A stretch of DNA of 64,000 nucleotides from an uncultured bacterium (GTDB lineage Bacteria > Bacteroidota > Bacteroidia > Bacteroidales > Bacteroidaceae): the NCBI GenBank assembly GCA_945829425.1, contig CALZUQ010000007.1, positions 2,077 to 66,076 of the forward strand, read 5' to 3'. This document shows, piece after piece, positions 39,156 to 48,686 of this stretch. Under the pieces are notes generated by a model. The model had not been told where the DNA came from. It was given only the letters and a program-made list of their open reading frames with translations, and did not search any database. Within the stretch, counting starts at the first letter, position 1; every line of letters begins with the position of its first letter. The translations under genes were made by a program, and so were the position numbers.

Positions 39156-40226
39156 CTACTTCTTTGCTTCCGTTTTCAGATACAGGCCGTTAAGGTCATG
39201 ATAGAAGAGCGTGCGCTTGTCGTTATATAACTTCATGAAGTCTGAGACATCAGGACTGCCGGGATAAGGACAAGCCGAAAGGATATTTCCTCCTGTGCCA
39301 CTGTTCTCACGGAACAAAGCGTAGCATAAGGGAGCGGAAGTTACGAAAGGAAGCACCTGCCCACTCCAATATGTAGAGTCTTTTGGAAAGTAATCACCCA
39401 TAGTAACCCCCACAGCAACATGCGTATTGTCGGAATATGCTGCAAAAGTCTTCAGGCTTTCAGTGAGATGACTCCAACGCTCTGCGGTATTCTCGTCAGA
39501 TGTAGCCTGCTGGACGGCAAAGTCTATCACTGCAACGTCGTCCGGGAGATATTCTGGCATCCTTGCCGTCTCGTTGTCAGAGAACGAACACCCCATAACA
39601 ATATTAACCACTCCAAGGTCATATAGCCTTTTCTCTACATCACTATACAAGGTACGATATTCTTCCGCAGACAGCGTCACATACCATTCTTCATCGCCAA
39701 GAGGCATGAGAATCAGTACGACAGGAGATTTCTTGCCATATCCGTCCTCCAAAGAGTTGAGGAAATCCGCCATTGATGCAATGACGTCATCACGGTCGGT
39801 ATCGTCTGTCGCCTCAGGCATTATCCAACGTAGCAGCACGAGACCTCCTCGCCGTGTCGTGGCAAGTATGTCACTACGCAACAGTTCCAACGGCATGCCC
39901 GAATTGTCCATGCCACTTCTAACGTCAGAGACTTCATAACCCGTACATGCCGTGAAGTCACCGCAGACACACTTTATGTCACTGCGAAGGGAGTCGCCCT
40001 CCCACCCCACTCCACATAGAGTGGTATACATCTGACCGAAGAGGACACCCTTGGTATGTAAGGTCTTCAGGTTCTCCTGCATATTCTCTGTCTGGACAGT
40101 CTTCCCCGACTCGCCTATCTCTTCGTATGATTTCTTTCCTTTTCCACCGCACGAGAGTAAAGCAAGAGACGTGAAGGCAGCAAGGCAAAGGACAGAGAAA
40201 GGGAAAAGATGATTTTTGGTTTTCAT
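39156..40226 (-). CDS. GH26-like lipoprotein lacking recognisable catalytic glutamates
   Basis: Lipobox LLSC; GVLFGQ..GVGW.GDS.RSDIK.VCGD and YPG..DF..YND..TLF..D..LY are GH26-like; the RPFHE position reads ILMPL and the ETG position reads TMG. Confidence 0.75.
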   Translation of the reverse strand: MKTKNHLFPFSVLCLAAFTSLALLSCGGKGKKSYEEIGESGKTVQTENMQENLKTLHTKGVLFGQMYTTLCGVGWEGDSLRSDIKCVCGDFTACTGYEVSDVRSGMDNSGMPLELLRSDILATTRRGGLVLLRWIMPEATDDTDRDDVIASMADFLNSLEDGYGKKSPVVLILMPLGDEEWYVTLSAEEYRTLYSDVEKRLYDLGVVNIVMGCSFSDNETARMPEYLPDDVAVIDFAVQQATSDENTAERWSHLTESLKTFAAYSDNTHVAVGVTMGDYFPKDSTYWSGQVLPFVTSAPLCYALFRENSGTGGNILSACPYPGSPDVSDFMKLYNDKRTLFYHDLNGLYLKTEAKK

Positions 40227-40248
40227 ATTTCAATAGAGTTTCTTATCA

Positions 40249-40299
40249 CGACAGCTTCCATACTACGATAGCTTTCATACTACGACTGCCGCCATATTT
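40249..40299. repeat. Three 17-bp tandem units upstream of the GH26-like lipoprotein
   Basis: cgacagcttccatacta / cgatagctttcatacta / cgactgccgccatattt. Confidence 0.7.
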
Positions 40300-40355
40300 T
40301 GGCTGTATCTCTTCCACGTAGCCAGAAAACGGTAATGCGGAAAATTCATTCAACT

Positions 40356-42704
40356 TTATTTCGAATAAGCAGCACGCATAGCCTCAACCGTTGAAGGAAG
40401 AGTCCACTGCGGAACCTTACGGTCGTTACCGTCGAATATGCTCATCCAATAGAATGTAGCTATTCCGAGTGCCTTTGCCCTTTTCACAATGTCAGCTGCC
40501 TGATCTGCTGCCGCCTGTTTCAACGTCTCAGACGAAGAGCCGTTTATCGTAACGTTGTTGCCATGAGGTCCATACTCGCCAATTATGCAAGGAATACCTT
40601 TTGAAACGAAGGTAGCATTCAGGCGGTCAAACATACGTCCTATCTCCGAGCTGCATGCCTCTGTCCACTTTCCGTAAGTATTCACCCAGTCATACGGGTC
40701 GTACGTATGCACCTGCACGGCGATATGTCCTTTCGTCTTGTCCTCCGGGATAGCGAGATTGTCGAGAACCTGCTGTCCGTGGGCTGCAGAATAAGTATTC
40801 ACGATGAGGTTGCGCGTAAGGTTATTGCCACCCGTGGCACGTACGGCATCGACAAAATCCTGTGCATAGCTGTTCAACGCTCCATAGCTTGCAGCAGACG
40901 CCGGCACCGACCACCTGTTCTGTGCGTCAAGCATCTCATTATAACCCTCAAAGAGAAGCTTGCTGCCATATCCCTGGAACCGTTGAGCTATCTGACGCCA
41001 CAGGTTTTTGAATCGTGAGCTGTTCTTCGCATGATTTGCTGCATCAGCCTTCACCCATTCCCATTCTTCCGTTCCGCTTCCAGTGTCATGATGAACATTC
41101 AGAATGCAATACATTCCTGTCGACATGACGTAATCGACCACCTCCTGCACACGTTTCATCCATGCCTCATCGACATTTCCTTCAGCGTCGATATGCTGCA
41201 CCCATGTCACAGGCACGCGGACAGCATTGAAGCCGCCGTCCTTCAAGAACTGCATCTGTTGCTGAGTAGCGAGAGGTTGTCCCCAGCACGTCTCGTATTT
41301 CGAGGTCTCCGGAAGGTTGTTTGGAATATAAGAGCCGAAGGCTTCAAGCGTATTGCCGAGATTGAAGCCAAGACCCATGTTACGTACGGCAGCTACCGCA
41401 CTCTCCTCAAAATATGTGGCGTTAAGGTCCACCTCATCACGTGTTATGACACAGTCCTGCGCCATAGCGTCCTTCCACCATTCCTCCGACGGCATGTTAC
41501 TGCCATACCACGGGCAGAACCACGCCCATGTCGCTCCGGCGTTCCATACGTCAGAGATCTTTGCGAAGCTGCCATCAGAAGAGTTTCCACATTCTGCCAG
41601 CGCAATGAGCTTATCGGGATAGCGTGCAGCAATCTCCTCATACTCCTGCCGGTTCTGTTCGGCAGACGAAGCATAGAGGTCGCGGCCTATGATGTCGACA
41701 TATTCGTTGCCAGGATACCACGCCGCATCGTTGTTATATTTCGTAGCGTCACCATTGTAGTTCTGTGTCGTCCATACCCATATAAGGTTATGCACGCCTT
41801 TCTGCTGGAAATATGAGAACATGGCTCTCCACAGCTGTTTGTAAGCCTCCGCGCCATCGTTTCCCCACCAGAACCAGCTCTTTGCCCAAGACTCGGCAGT
41901 CTTCAGCTCCGCGTTTCCCGCCGCCTCATGGAAGGGTCTCCATACAGCCGCAACGCCTTTCTCCTGCAGTTTCAACAGCACGTCAGCGACGAGGTCCATC
42001 TGTCCGTAGAACCATTTGTTCTCCCACGTGCCTTCCTTTACGGCATTGGCAGCACGGAACGTCGTCTTGTCCGGCGAGCATGTCACGCCGGAGCCGTCCT
42101 TGCCTATCACGGCACTCTCTGACGTCGGGACATTGAAATGCCACATAAGCTGCACAAGTCCACCGTCGTCCACCCAGCGAGTCACCGGCGAGATGTCGTT
42201 ATAGTCTATCCAGCCGTTGCCCTTCGGCACATAGACATGAATGAAGTCGAAGCAGTTGAAAGCCGGATATTTCCCCGTAGCCTTGAACACCTTCTCTGCC
42301 TCATTAGTGTTCCAGTTTACGTCAGCAAGGACAGAAGACAGGGTCTTCACGCCATAACACGACCTTACATACTTATACAGACGCTTGGCTGCTGTTGTTG
42401 CCATGGCGTCTGCAAGCGTGATGTCTGAGACATCGCTCTCCTTATATACGGAGAATGCCACGTTCTGAATATCATCGATTTGAAACGTCTCCCATGCACC
42501 GAAGTCCTCAAGACCTTTGATATACACCTCCATAGACGTTGGAGAGAACTTCAGAGAGCCCATAACGTCTGACGAGCCTGCAAGATTATATACGGAAGTC
42601 TTTCCGTTGCGCAAGGTTATGGTGACTTTGTCGCCTTCACGCTGTGCGAAAGCCGTCATTGTGACGAGGAGCGCGAAAAGAGTATAGATAATCTTCTTCA
42701 TCAT
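40356..42704 (-). CDS. Bifunctional GH26 beta-mannanase - GH5 (subfamily 4-like) endoglucanase
   Basis: SPI signal; GH26 WRPFHE, WFWWG, ALAECG; GH5 GFNLGNTL, HHD, FEGYNE, IGEYG; no C-terminal sorting domain. Confidence 0.93.
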   Translation of the reverse strand: MMKKIIYTLFALLVTMTAFAQREGDKVTITLRNGKTSVYNLAGSSDVMGSLKFSPTSMEVYIKGLEDFGAWETFQIDDIQNVAFSVYKESDVSDITLADAMATTAAKRLYKYVRSCYGVKTLSSVLADVNWNTNEAEKVFKATGKYPAFNCFDFIHVYVPKGNGWIDYNDISPVTRWVDDGGLVQLMWHFNVPTSESAVIGKDGSGVTCSPDKTTFRAANAVKEGTWENKWFYGQMDLVADVLLKLQEKGVAAVWRPFHEAAGNAELKTAESWAKSWFWWGNDGAEAYKQLWRAMFSYFQQKGVHNLIWVWTTQNYNGDATKYNNDAAWYPGNEYVDIIGRDLYASSAEQNRQEYEEIAARYPDKLIALAECGNSSDGSFAKISDVWNAGATWAWFCPWYGSNMPSEEWWKDAMAQDCVITRDEVDLNATYFEESAVAAVRNMGLGFNLGNTLEAFGSYIPNNLPETSKYETCWGQPLATQQQMQFLKDGGFNAVRVPVTWVQHIDAEGNVDEAWMKRVQEVVDYVMSTGMYCILNVHHDTGSGTEEWEWVKADAANHAKNSSRFKNLWRQIAQRFQGYGSKLLFEGYNEMLDAQNRWSVPASAASYGALNSYAQDFVDAVRATGGNNLTRNLIVNTYSAAHGQQVLDNLAIPEDKTKGHIAVQVHTYDPYDWVNTYGKWTEACSSEIGRMFDRLNATFVSKGIPCIIGEYGPHGNNVTINGSSSETLKQAAADQAADIVKRAKALGIATFYWMSIFDGNDRKVPQWTLPSTVEAMRAAYSK

Positions 42705-43153
42705 CTTATGATTTTAATGTTTCTTCCTGCCGCCTTGATAATGGTGACTCCGGAAGGTAGTGACTTCAGTGATACGGCAGTACCACTGCCAGACTTTGTA
42801 TATTGAATGCTGACAGCCTTGCCGTCAGCAGTAAACGCTTCTACATTGACAGGAGAAGAAAAGAGCAAGGTATCTCCATTACGTACGATGTCTGGATTGT
42901 TCATGACACCGTCTATTCCCGATGTCTCAGCGAAAGAGAATGACAAGACATCGGCAAGTGTGTACTGTGTCGTGGCTACGGAAGTCGTCACCACGAGTTT
43001 GTCGTCGGCTACGCTTACCTCCGGCTTTTCCGCCAGGAGGAAGGTCTGTGTCGTGCCGTTGTCAAAGAGTATGACAAGGCTCTTAACCTCTCCAGCCGCT
43101 GCCATGCGCAACGTGAAGCAGAGTGAGAGTAGTAGTAAGGAGAGTTTTTTCAT
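42701..43153 (-). CDS. Small secreted protein: ~60-aa beta-rich module plus T9SS type-A-like CTD
   Basis: Signal peptide; TSGIDGV linker; C-terminus SLKSLPSGVTIIKAAGRNIKIIR; ATGA overlap with the GH26-GH5 gene. Confidence 0.8.
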   Translation of the reverse strand: MKKLSLLLLSLCFTLRMAAAGEVKSLVILFDNGTTQTFLLAEKPEVSVADDKLVVTTSVATTQYTLADVLSFSFAETSGIDGVMNNPDIVRNGDTLLFSSPVNVEAFTADGKAVSIQYTKSGSGTAVSLKSLPSGVTIIKAAGRNIKIIR

Positions 43154-43180
43154 GTTTTATTATTGGGTGTTTTTTTGAAA

Positions 43181-43227
43181 AAGGGACAGGCTCTTGGTCC
43201 CGCAGAAGAGATTAGTGCCTGTCCCTT
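43181..43227 (-). terminator. Terminator/attenuator-like hairpin inside the PUL
   Basis: AAGGGACAGGC...GCCTGTCCCTT (11 bp) with an inner CTCTT/AAGAG stem; reads into a T-run on the minus strand. Confidence 0.7.
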
Positions 43228-43261
43228 AATTTTATGTGTATGAATATTTTGAGCCGACAGG

Positions 43262-45274
43262 TTATGGAAGAATAGTCATCTTCTTAACACCTGCAAGGTC
43301 GCCCTGAAGTATAAGCGCCGTGTCGCTCCATCCGTCAGCGATGTTATTGACAGCGTCCATGAAAGCGTCGTCAACAACCCATTCAATTCTCTCAACAGAG
43401 CCGTCCCAGTCAGCAATTGTATATATGCCGCCCCAGTTAGCATTGTTAATCTGTATCTGTCCTGTTATGCCGGCAGTCTTATATACTATGATCTTTGACT
43501 TGCCAGCCTGGAGGTTCATAGCCTTGAGGTCGGTCTTGAAGATACGCATCTTTCCGGAAGAATCGCTCCAAGAGAAATTGAACGGCCATGACACAAGACC
43601 TGTCTGCTGCTCGTCCTTCGCAAAGGTAGCAAAGTCTATCTCCGGCACGTCTACGACTGTCTTTCCTGACACTATCCTTGCGCCGTCAGGAGTAACAAAG
43701 GTTATTTCAACCTCTCCTGTAGCCATCTCAGGCACCTGGAATGTTATCTCGTCATTGGTCTTTGAGAGTATCTTCACGACTTTCACTGAGCCAAGGTATA
43801 TAGCCTCAACGTTGTAGAAGTTCTTTCCCTTGAGTGTAGCGTTCTCACCAATAATCATCTTCTGCGGAGCCTCAGAGATTGCCGGCTCTGTAGCAGCCTG
43901 TATGGTCAGACCAGAAGCCTCTACCGAAGTGCCGTTCTTGAGGTTGAGGACAAGTCCGGAGCCGGCACATGCTGTAGGCACGGTGAGGGCGATAGCCTTC
44001 TCGTTATGTGCTGCGAACTCTGTGACTGTCTGCGCCGGGTCTCCCGGAAGTGTCACGCTTGCCACGAGGTCGAGGTCACTACCTTTTATGATAACCTTAT
44101 TACCAGCCACGAGAGCATTAGGAGTACACTCTGTGACAACAGGCTTTACGAGCGTGTAAGCCACCGTAACCTGCTTGCCGTTGGCGAGAGAGAGAGTTAT
44201 GTCGCCTTCCTGAGCCGCCTCAGGCACTACAGCCACCACCTTTGCGGCAGCTACCGACTTCAACTCTCCGCCAGCGTTAGGGAATGCTATTGCTGTCACG
44301 AGGTCGAGGTCTTTACCAGATACTGTAACCTCTGCGCCGTTCTTGACAGGAGCAGGAGCTGCTACGAGTTCTGTAGGCACTACAGTCTCTATGCTTCCGG
44401 CAGGTATCTTTATTCCGGAGAAGGTCACGAGCGTCACCTCTCCGTCGGTTGCCGTTGCCGGGAGCGCGAAGATGAGCGTATTGCCGTCGGCAGAAGCCTT
44501 GATGCCGTCACCCTCTATTTCCGCTCCGCTGAGCAAAACCTTCTCAATGAGCTGAAGCGTAGTACCTGTCACTGTCACCGTCTCGCCAGCCTTCATCTTC
44601 GCCGGAGCGACACCCGTGGCTGTAGGAAGCGCAATGTTTATGGACTCGTCAGCATAGAGCAGGTTCTCGCCGTCAGGATTTGTATCGCTGAGCATAGGGC
44701 GTCCTGTCTTTGCCTCGCGAGGAATAGCTACAGAGATAGTGTAGCGGTCGTGAGCCACGAAGTCTGCCTCCGGCACACGTACGTCGTCAGCGAACACCAC
44801 TTCGTGCATGAGGTTGAGGTAGTCGCCCTTGAATGTCACGATGTCTCCGACCTTACCGTTGAGGTTACCCTCCGAACCAACATATACTTTCTCGAGCACT
44901 ACGTTCTCCTCGTATGTCACCGGAGTAATAGTCTTTATCTCACCGCCTTTGGCTGTTATGAGCGTCACGATGCCCGGCTCACACTTTTCTTTTGGCACCT
45001 GTATCCATATCTCGCTGACTCTTCCTGCCGCTTTTACATCGATTACGGTTATAGGGTCAGCTCCCGGAAGGTTCACCTGTGTTATCTGGTCGAGATTGCT
45101 GCCGAGGAATTTCAGTGTTCCGCCGCGCAGTACGGGGCATGGACCGAAAGAGTTGAGCTTAATCTCATTTCCATACTGGTCTGTCACAAGGTCGTCCTCG
45201 CTGCAGGCTGTGAATGTCAGCCCGGCAAGCAGCATGACGCAAAGAGACCAGAATAATGACTGATATTTTTTCAT
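43262..45274 (-). CDS. Surface lipoprotein with tandem IPT/TIG-like domains (SGBP-like)
   Basis: Lipobox FTAC-SEDD; repeated P..G..VTV.G.DLDLV units; located downstream of susCD. Confidence 0.82.
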   Translation of the reverse strand: MKKYQSLFWSLCVMLLAGLTFTACSEDDLVTDQYGNEIKLNSFGPCPVLRGGTLKFLGSNLDQITQVNLPGADPITVIDVKAAGRVSEIWIQVPKEKCEPGIVTLITAKGGEIKTITPVTYEENVVLEKVYVGSEGNLNGKVGDIVTFKGDYLNLMHEVVFADDVRVPEADFVAHDRYTISVAIPREAKTGRPMLSDTNPDGENLLYADESINIALPTATGVAPAKMKAGETVTVTGTTLQLIEKVLLSGAEIEGDGIKASADGNTLIFALPATATDGEVTLVTFSGIKIPAGSIETVVPTELVAAPAPVKNGAEVTVSGKDLDLVTAIAFPNAGGELKSVAAAKVVAVVPEAAQEGDITLSLANGKQVTVAYTLVKPVVTECTPNALVAGNKVIIKGSDLDLVASVTLPGDPAQTVTEFAAHNEKAIALTVPTACAGSGLVLNLKNGTSVEASGLTIQAATEPAISEAPQKMIIGENATLKGKNFYNVEAIYLGSVKVVKILSKTNDEITFQVPEMATGEVEITFVTPDGARIVSGKTVVDVPEIDFATFAKDEQQTGLVSWPFNFSWSDSSGKMRIFKTDLKAMNLQAGKSKIIVYKTAGITGQIQINNANWGGIYTIADWDGSVERIEWVVDDAFMDAVNNIADGWSDTALILQGDLAGVKKMTILP

Positions 45275-45363
45275 TGTGTTATGTCTTTATCAAAGGTTTG
45301 TTGTGTTTGGAGAATGCCGCGAATACACGTTGCGGTGTTTGCGGCATCCACCTTTTGTAATAC

Positions 45364-46680
45364 CTATTTGTTAGGCACGGCACGGATATTGTCTATCTTG
45401 ATGATTGGGTGACAATCCTCTCCTTCGTAACCACCGCCGTTGACGCAGAATATCGTCAGCGAAGCGAAGTCGTCCGGTTTGCTGGGCTTTACAGAAGCCG
45501 CCGTTCCGTCCCAATACTTATTGAAGACTCCATGTTCTCCGCCGAGCGGCAGAGTGACAGTAACCCATTTTCCGCTTGTATGATAAGCTCCGGCACCTTT
45601 CCAAGGAGCGTAGATGGCGCGTCCCCAGCCGTCATCAGCGTGGAAGAACGTGTTGTTGGCTGTAGAGATTGTCACCTTGTCAGGACCTGCGAAGATTACC
45701 TGCATAGGCGCTGCCGCCCAGGCACCGTTCTCAGGAATGCACATCTCAAACTTCAGCGACATGTTCTCGTAGTCGGTAAAGTCCACGATATCGTTGAGCT
45801 TAACACCGTCGCCACTGAAACCACCGTCCCAGTCGCCAGCCCAGTATTCAAACGAGAACGATCCGTCGTTCCAACCTCCGTCGGCACCCATATCCACGTC
45901 GCCGAGGAGTAGGTAGTTGCCGGAAAGCGATGTCTCGTCAGCCTGTATCTTCATCGCGTGCCATCCATGGTTTCCGAGGACAGCGTTTGTCACAGGGTTC
46001 GGTGTGTCGAAGTCAAAGAGAATGCCACGAGAGTCGTGGAACTGGAAGTTGCTTCGTGTCGTGCCATACTTGGTAGAAACCTTTATGAAACCCGCAGGAG
46101 CCTCTGCCGGCACGATGAAACGTATCTCATTCATCGTGATGCTTGTGATGTTCTCACGAGGCAGCACATAGTTGTTTGGGAACTCTATGCTGAGCGGATA
46201 GTCTGGATAGTCAAGGAAGTAGTTACCCTTTATGACGCCCTCCTCTCCTACACGTACCTGCTCGTTCTCCATAGCTATCACAGAAGGAGCATTTATAAGC
46301 ACCTTGAAGTCGTATGCCACGGTATCACGTGAGGTTGTAATCATATAGAGTTTGTCGGTCACCACCTCCGGAATGTCCTTAGGCACGGAGAGCAGTATGG
46401 TGTTGTCGGTCATATAGCTCGTATTGAGCGTTGCCGGACGGTCGTTGAAATTGATGGCAACGATGCTGCGCAGGTTGTTTCCGACAATACATATCGGGGT
46501 GTTCTGGAATGCTCCGGTAAGGAGGGAGTCCTTGCTCGCAGCGTCAGCAAGGCGTATGTACGAGATGGATGGCATTCCACCTGTTGACTCGTATGCATCA
46601 GGCTGGTCAGAGCATGATGTCATGCCAGCGACAGAAAGTAGCGTGATGCCGAGAGCCAGTTTTATATTCTTGATATTCAT
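45364..46680 (-). CDS. Surface glycan-binding lipoprotein (SGBP-B-like)
   Basis: Lipobox MTSC-SDQ; Ig-like N-terminal domains and an aromatic-rich C-terminal domain; directly after susD. Confidence 0.82.
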   Translation of the reverse strand: MNIKNIKLALGITLLSVAGMTSCSDQPDAYESTGGMPSISYIRLADAASKDSLLTGAFQNTPICIVGNNLRSIVAINFNDRPATLNTSYMTDNTILLSVPKDIPEVVTDKLYMITTSRDTVAYDFKVLINAPSVIAMENEQVRVGEEGVIKGNYFLDYPDYPLSIEFPNNYVLPRENITSITMNEIRFIVPAEAPAGFIKVSTKYGTTRSNFQFHDSRGILFDFDTPNPVTNAVLGNHGWHAMKIQADETSLSGNYLLLGDVDMGADGGWNDGSFSFEYWAGDWDGGFSGDGVKLNDIVDFTDYENMSLKFEMCIPENGAWAAAPMQVIFAGPDKVTISTANNTFFHADDGWGRAIYAPWKGAGAYHTSGKWVTVTLPLGGEHGVFNKYWDGTAASVKPSKPDDFASLTIFCVNGGGYEGEDCHPIIKIDNIRAVPNK

Positions 46681-46700
46681 AATATAATTCTTTTATATTC

Positions 46701-46723
46701 GGCGGGAGTCTTCTGTTCCCGCC
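46701..46723. other. GC-rich hairpin between susD and the SGBP gene
   Basis: GGCGGGA-N9-TCCCGCC; no U-tract on the coding (minus) strand. Confidence 0.6.
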
Positions 46724-46755
46724 TTGAAATTATTTCCTTGAACGTCAGTCACTGT

Positions 46756-48495
46756 TTAATAGCCGTATGTTGCGCGCACGTCAACATGCACTGGCTCTAC
46801 GTTGCTGCCGAGGTTAGGATTGACAGAAACATCCTCTGTCGGGAAAGGAATAGAGAATGTAGCCTTTGTCACCGCAGGTACCGGTGTCGAGGAGTCATAC
46901 TCTGCCCCAGAAGCATCCCATACGCCTGTCTCGAAGTACACCTTATATACCTCAGAGAGGTTCCACCATGCATTACGTTTCTGAGCCTTGATCTCTGCTA
47001 TGCAAGCATCGACATCGTAATATGAGCGGCGTACGAAGTCATACCAGCGGTCGCCCTCTCCGGCAAACTCCAGTCGGCGCTCCTTCCATACGTCGTCGAA
47101 CGTAATGGAGGTCTTCGGAGTATATCCGGAGACAGAACGTCCGCGCACGGCGTTGAACGCCTCGAGCGCCTTGGCGTTTGTGGTCTGTCCGCCGTCGAGG
47201 AGTGTCTGTGACTCTGCGAGCACGAGATATACGTCAGCAAGACGGAGGATATGCGTAGCCACGGCGTTTCTCATACGTGACGCTGGCACTCCCAGCTCTG
47301 CCACATGGTCGTTGTTGTTGCCGTAAGCATGCTTTACGTTCTGTGCTCCGCAAGGTCCCTGGAATGTTCCTGTTGCAGCAGGGTTATAGTCCTTGTCGAA
47401 GTAGAAATGCAGTATCTCAAATCCGTTCTGTCCGTTTCCGAGGCTGTGGTCGCGCCAGAAGTATGGATATACGTCGCCAGGGAGCATGATTGTAGCCTTA
47501 CGGCGTATGTCGACGTCTATGCGGTCAGTAGGAGAGTCGGTAGGCTTCACGCCGAAAGCCGCCATGATGTCGACTGAAGGTCCGCCCCAACCGCCCCAGC
47601 AGTCACCGTTCTCGTCGAAGCCCTCCGGCATGAGGTCGCTCTGCAGCGTGTTCTGTGATGTCCACTGTGCGCCGATTGTCCAGCGCCATGCTATGAGACT
47701 CTCGTCAGAGACGTTGTTTGAGCCTCGGAAGATATCCTCGAAGTTTGCCATGAGCTTGCGTCCGGAGTTGTCGACAACGTCCTTGGCATAGGTGACAGCC
47801 TTTTGGAGGTCGTCGTTGTTCAGCGAGCCAGAGACGCCCGCCTTGGTAAGATAGACCTTTGCGAGGAGAGCCTCAGCGCAGTAGTAGTCCATGTGGCCGT
47901 TGGTGAGTTTCTGCTTGGGCAGGAGTTCCATGGCCTTTTCGAGTGTCATGATGATGTATTCATATACGTCAGCCTTCTGCACCTTGCTGCAGTGCTTGTA
48001 TTCGCCGGAGGCGAGAACCTCTGAGGTGTTGTGGATGATAGGCACATCGCCGAATGAGCGTACGAGGTAGAAGTATGCCATGGCCTTCCATATAAGACAT
48101 TCGCCCTGGCACTGCTTAATGGTCGCCTCTGATGCCGATGCTTTTCCGAGAGCCTGATAAACGGTGTTGCAATGTCCTATCTCAGCCCAAAGCGAGTACG
48201 ACATGTTTACGAGGTCCTGGTCAGTGCCGTTTACGGAGAAGTTGAGGTATGGACAGTTGCCCATATACATATTGCCCGACATCACCTCACCCATCTTTAT
48301 GAATGCGCGCTGGAAGTCATACCAAGGTGAGTTGTACAGGTAGTTGACACCTGAAATGCAGGCAGCGTCTGACGCATAGTAGTTGTCGAGGTTGTAGTTA
48401 TCCTCAACAGGACGGTCAAGGAAGTCGTCGCACGAGGTCAGAGAGAAGCTTATTGCCGCTGCACATGCTAAATATTTTATATTCTTGAGTTTCAT
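46756..48495 (-). CDS. SusD/RagB lipoprotein
   Basis: Lipobox LTSC-DDFLDRP; YFYLVRSFGDVP; RLADVYL..AE; ERRLEFAGEGDRWYDFVR. Confidence 0.97.
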   Translation of the reverse strand: MKLKNIKYLACAAAISFSLTSCDDFLDRPVEDNYNLDNYYASDAACISGVNYLYNSPWYDFQRAFIKMGEVMSGNMYMGNCPYLNFSVNGTDQDLVNMSYSLWAEIGHCNTVYQALGKASASEATIKQCQGECLIWKAMAYFYLVRSFGDVPIIHNTSEVLASGEYKHCSKVQKADVYEYIIMTLEKAMELLPKQKLTNGHMDYYCAEALLAKVYLTKAGVSGSLNNDDLQKAVTYAKDVVDNSGRKLMANFEDIFRGSNNVSDESLIAWRWTIGAQWTSQNTLQSDLMPEGFDENGDCWGGWGGPSVDIMAAFGVKPTDSPTDRIDVDIRRKATIMLPGDVYPYFWRDHSLGNGQNGFEILHFYFDKDYNPAATGTFQGPCGAQNVKHAYGNNNDHVAELGVPASRMRNAVATHILRLADVYLVLAESQTLLDGGQTTNAKALEAFNAVRGRSVSGYTPKTSITFDDVWKERRLEFAGEGDRWYDFVRRSYYDVDACIAEIKAQKRNAWWNLSEVYKVYFETGVWDASGAEYDSSTPVPAVTKATFSIPFPTEDVSVNPNLGSNVEPVHVDVRATYGY

Positions 48496-48686
48496 TGTAA
48501 GTCAAGTTTTATATGTTATGTGTTTTCTTCGAATGCCTTACGTTCTGCGGAGGCTGGCGTTGTCTTCGGTAGGGTATATTGTGGGACTCCGTCATATCGG
48601 CATGCGCCGGGAGCAGCGATATACCTTTATATTTATACAGCCCTTTCGTCCGCCTTTTCTGGCATTCAATGTTTTCAGCCTTGCTT

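Noticed and set aside
38719-39201. 160-aa plus-strand ORF from the track
   Set aside because: Antisense shadow of the CTD remnant and the GH26-like 3' end; no recognisable motifs.
44006-45256. Long antisense or overlapping ORFs (e.g. 44006-45256 +, 54366-55268 +, 60271-61176 +, 22183-22974 +, 14012-14779 -, 52503-52943 -)
   Set aside because: They overlap well-supported genes, show composition typical of codon-bias shadows and carry no motifs.
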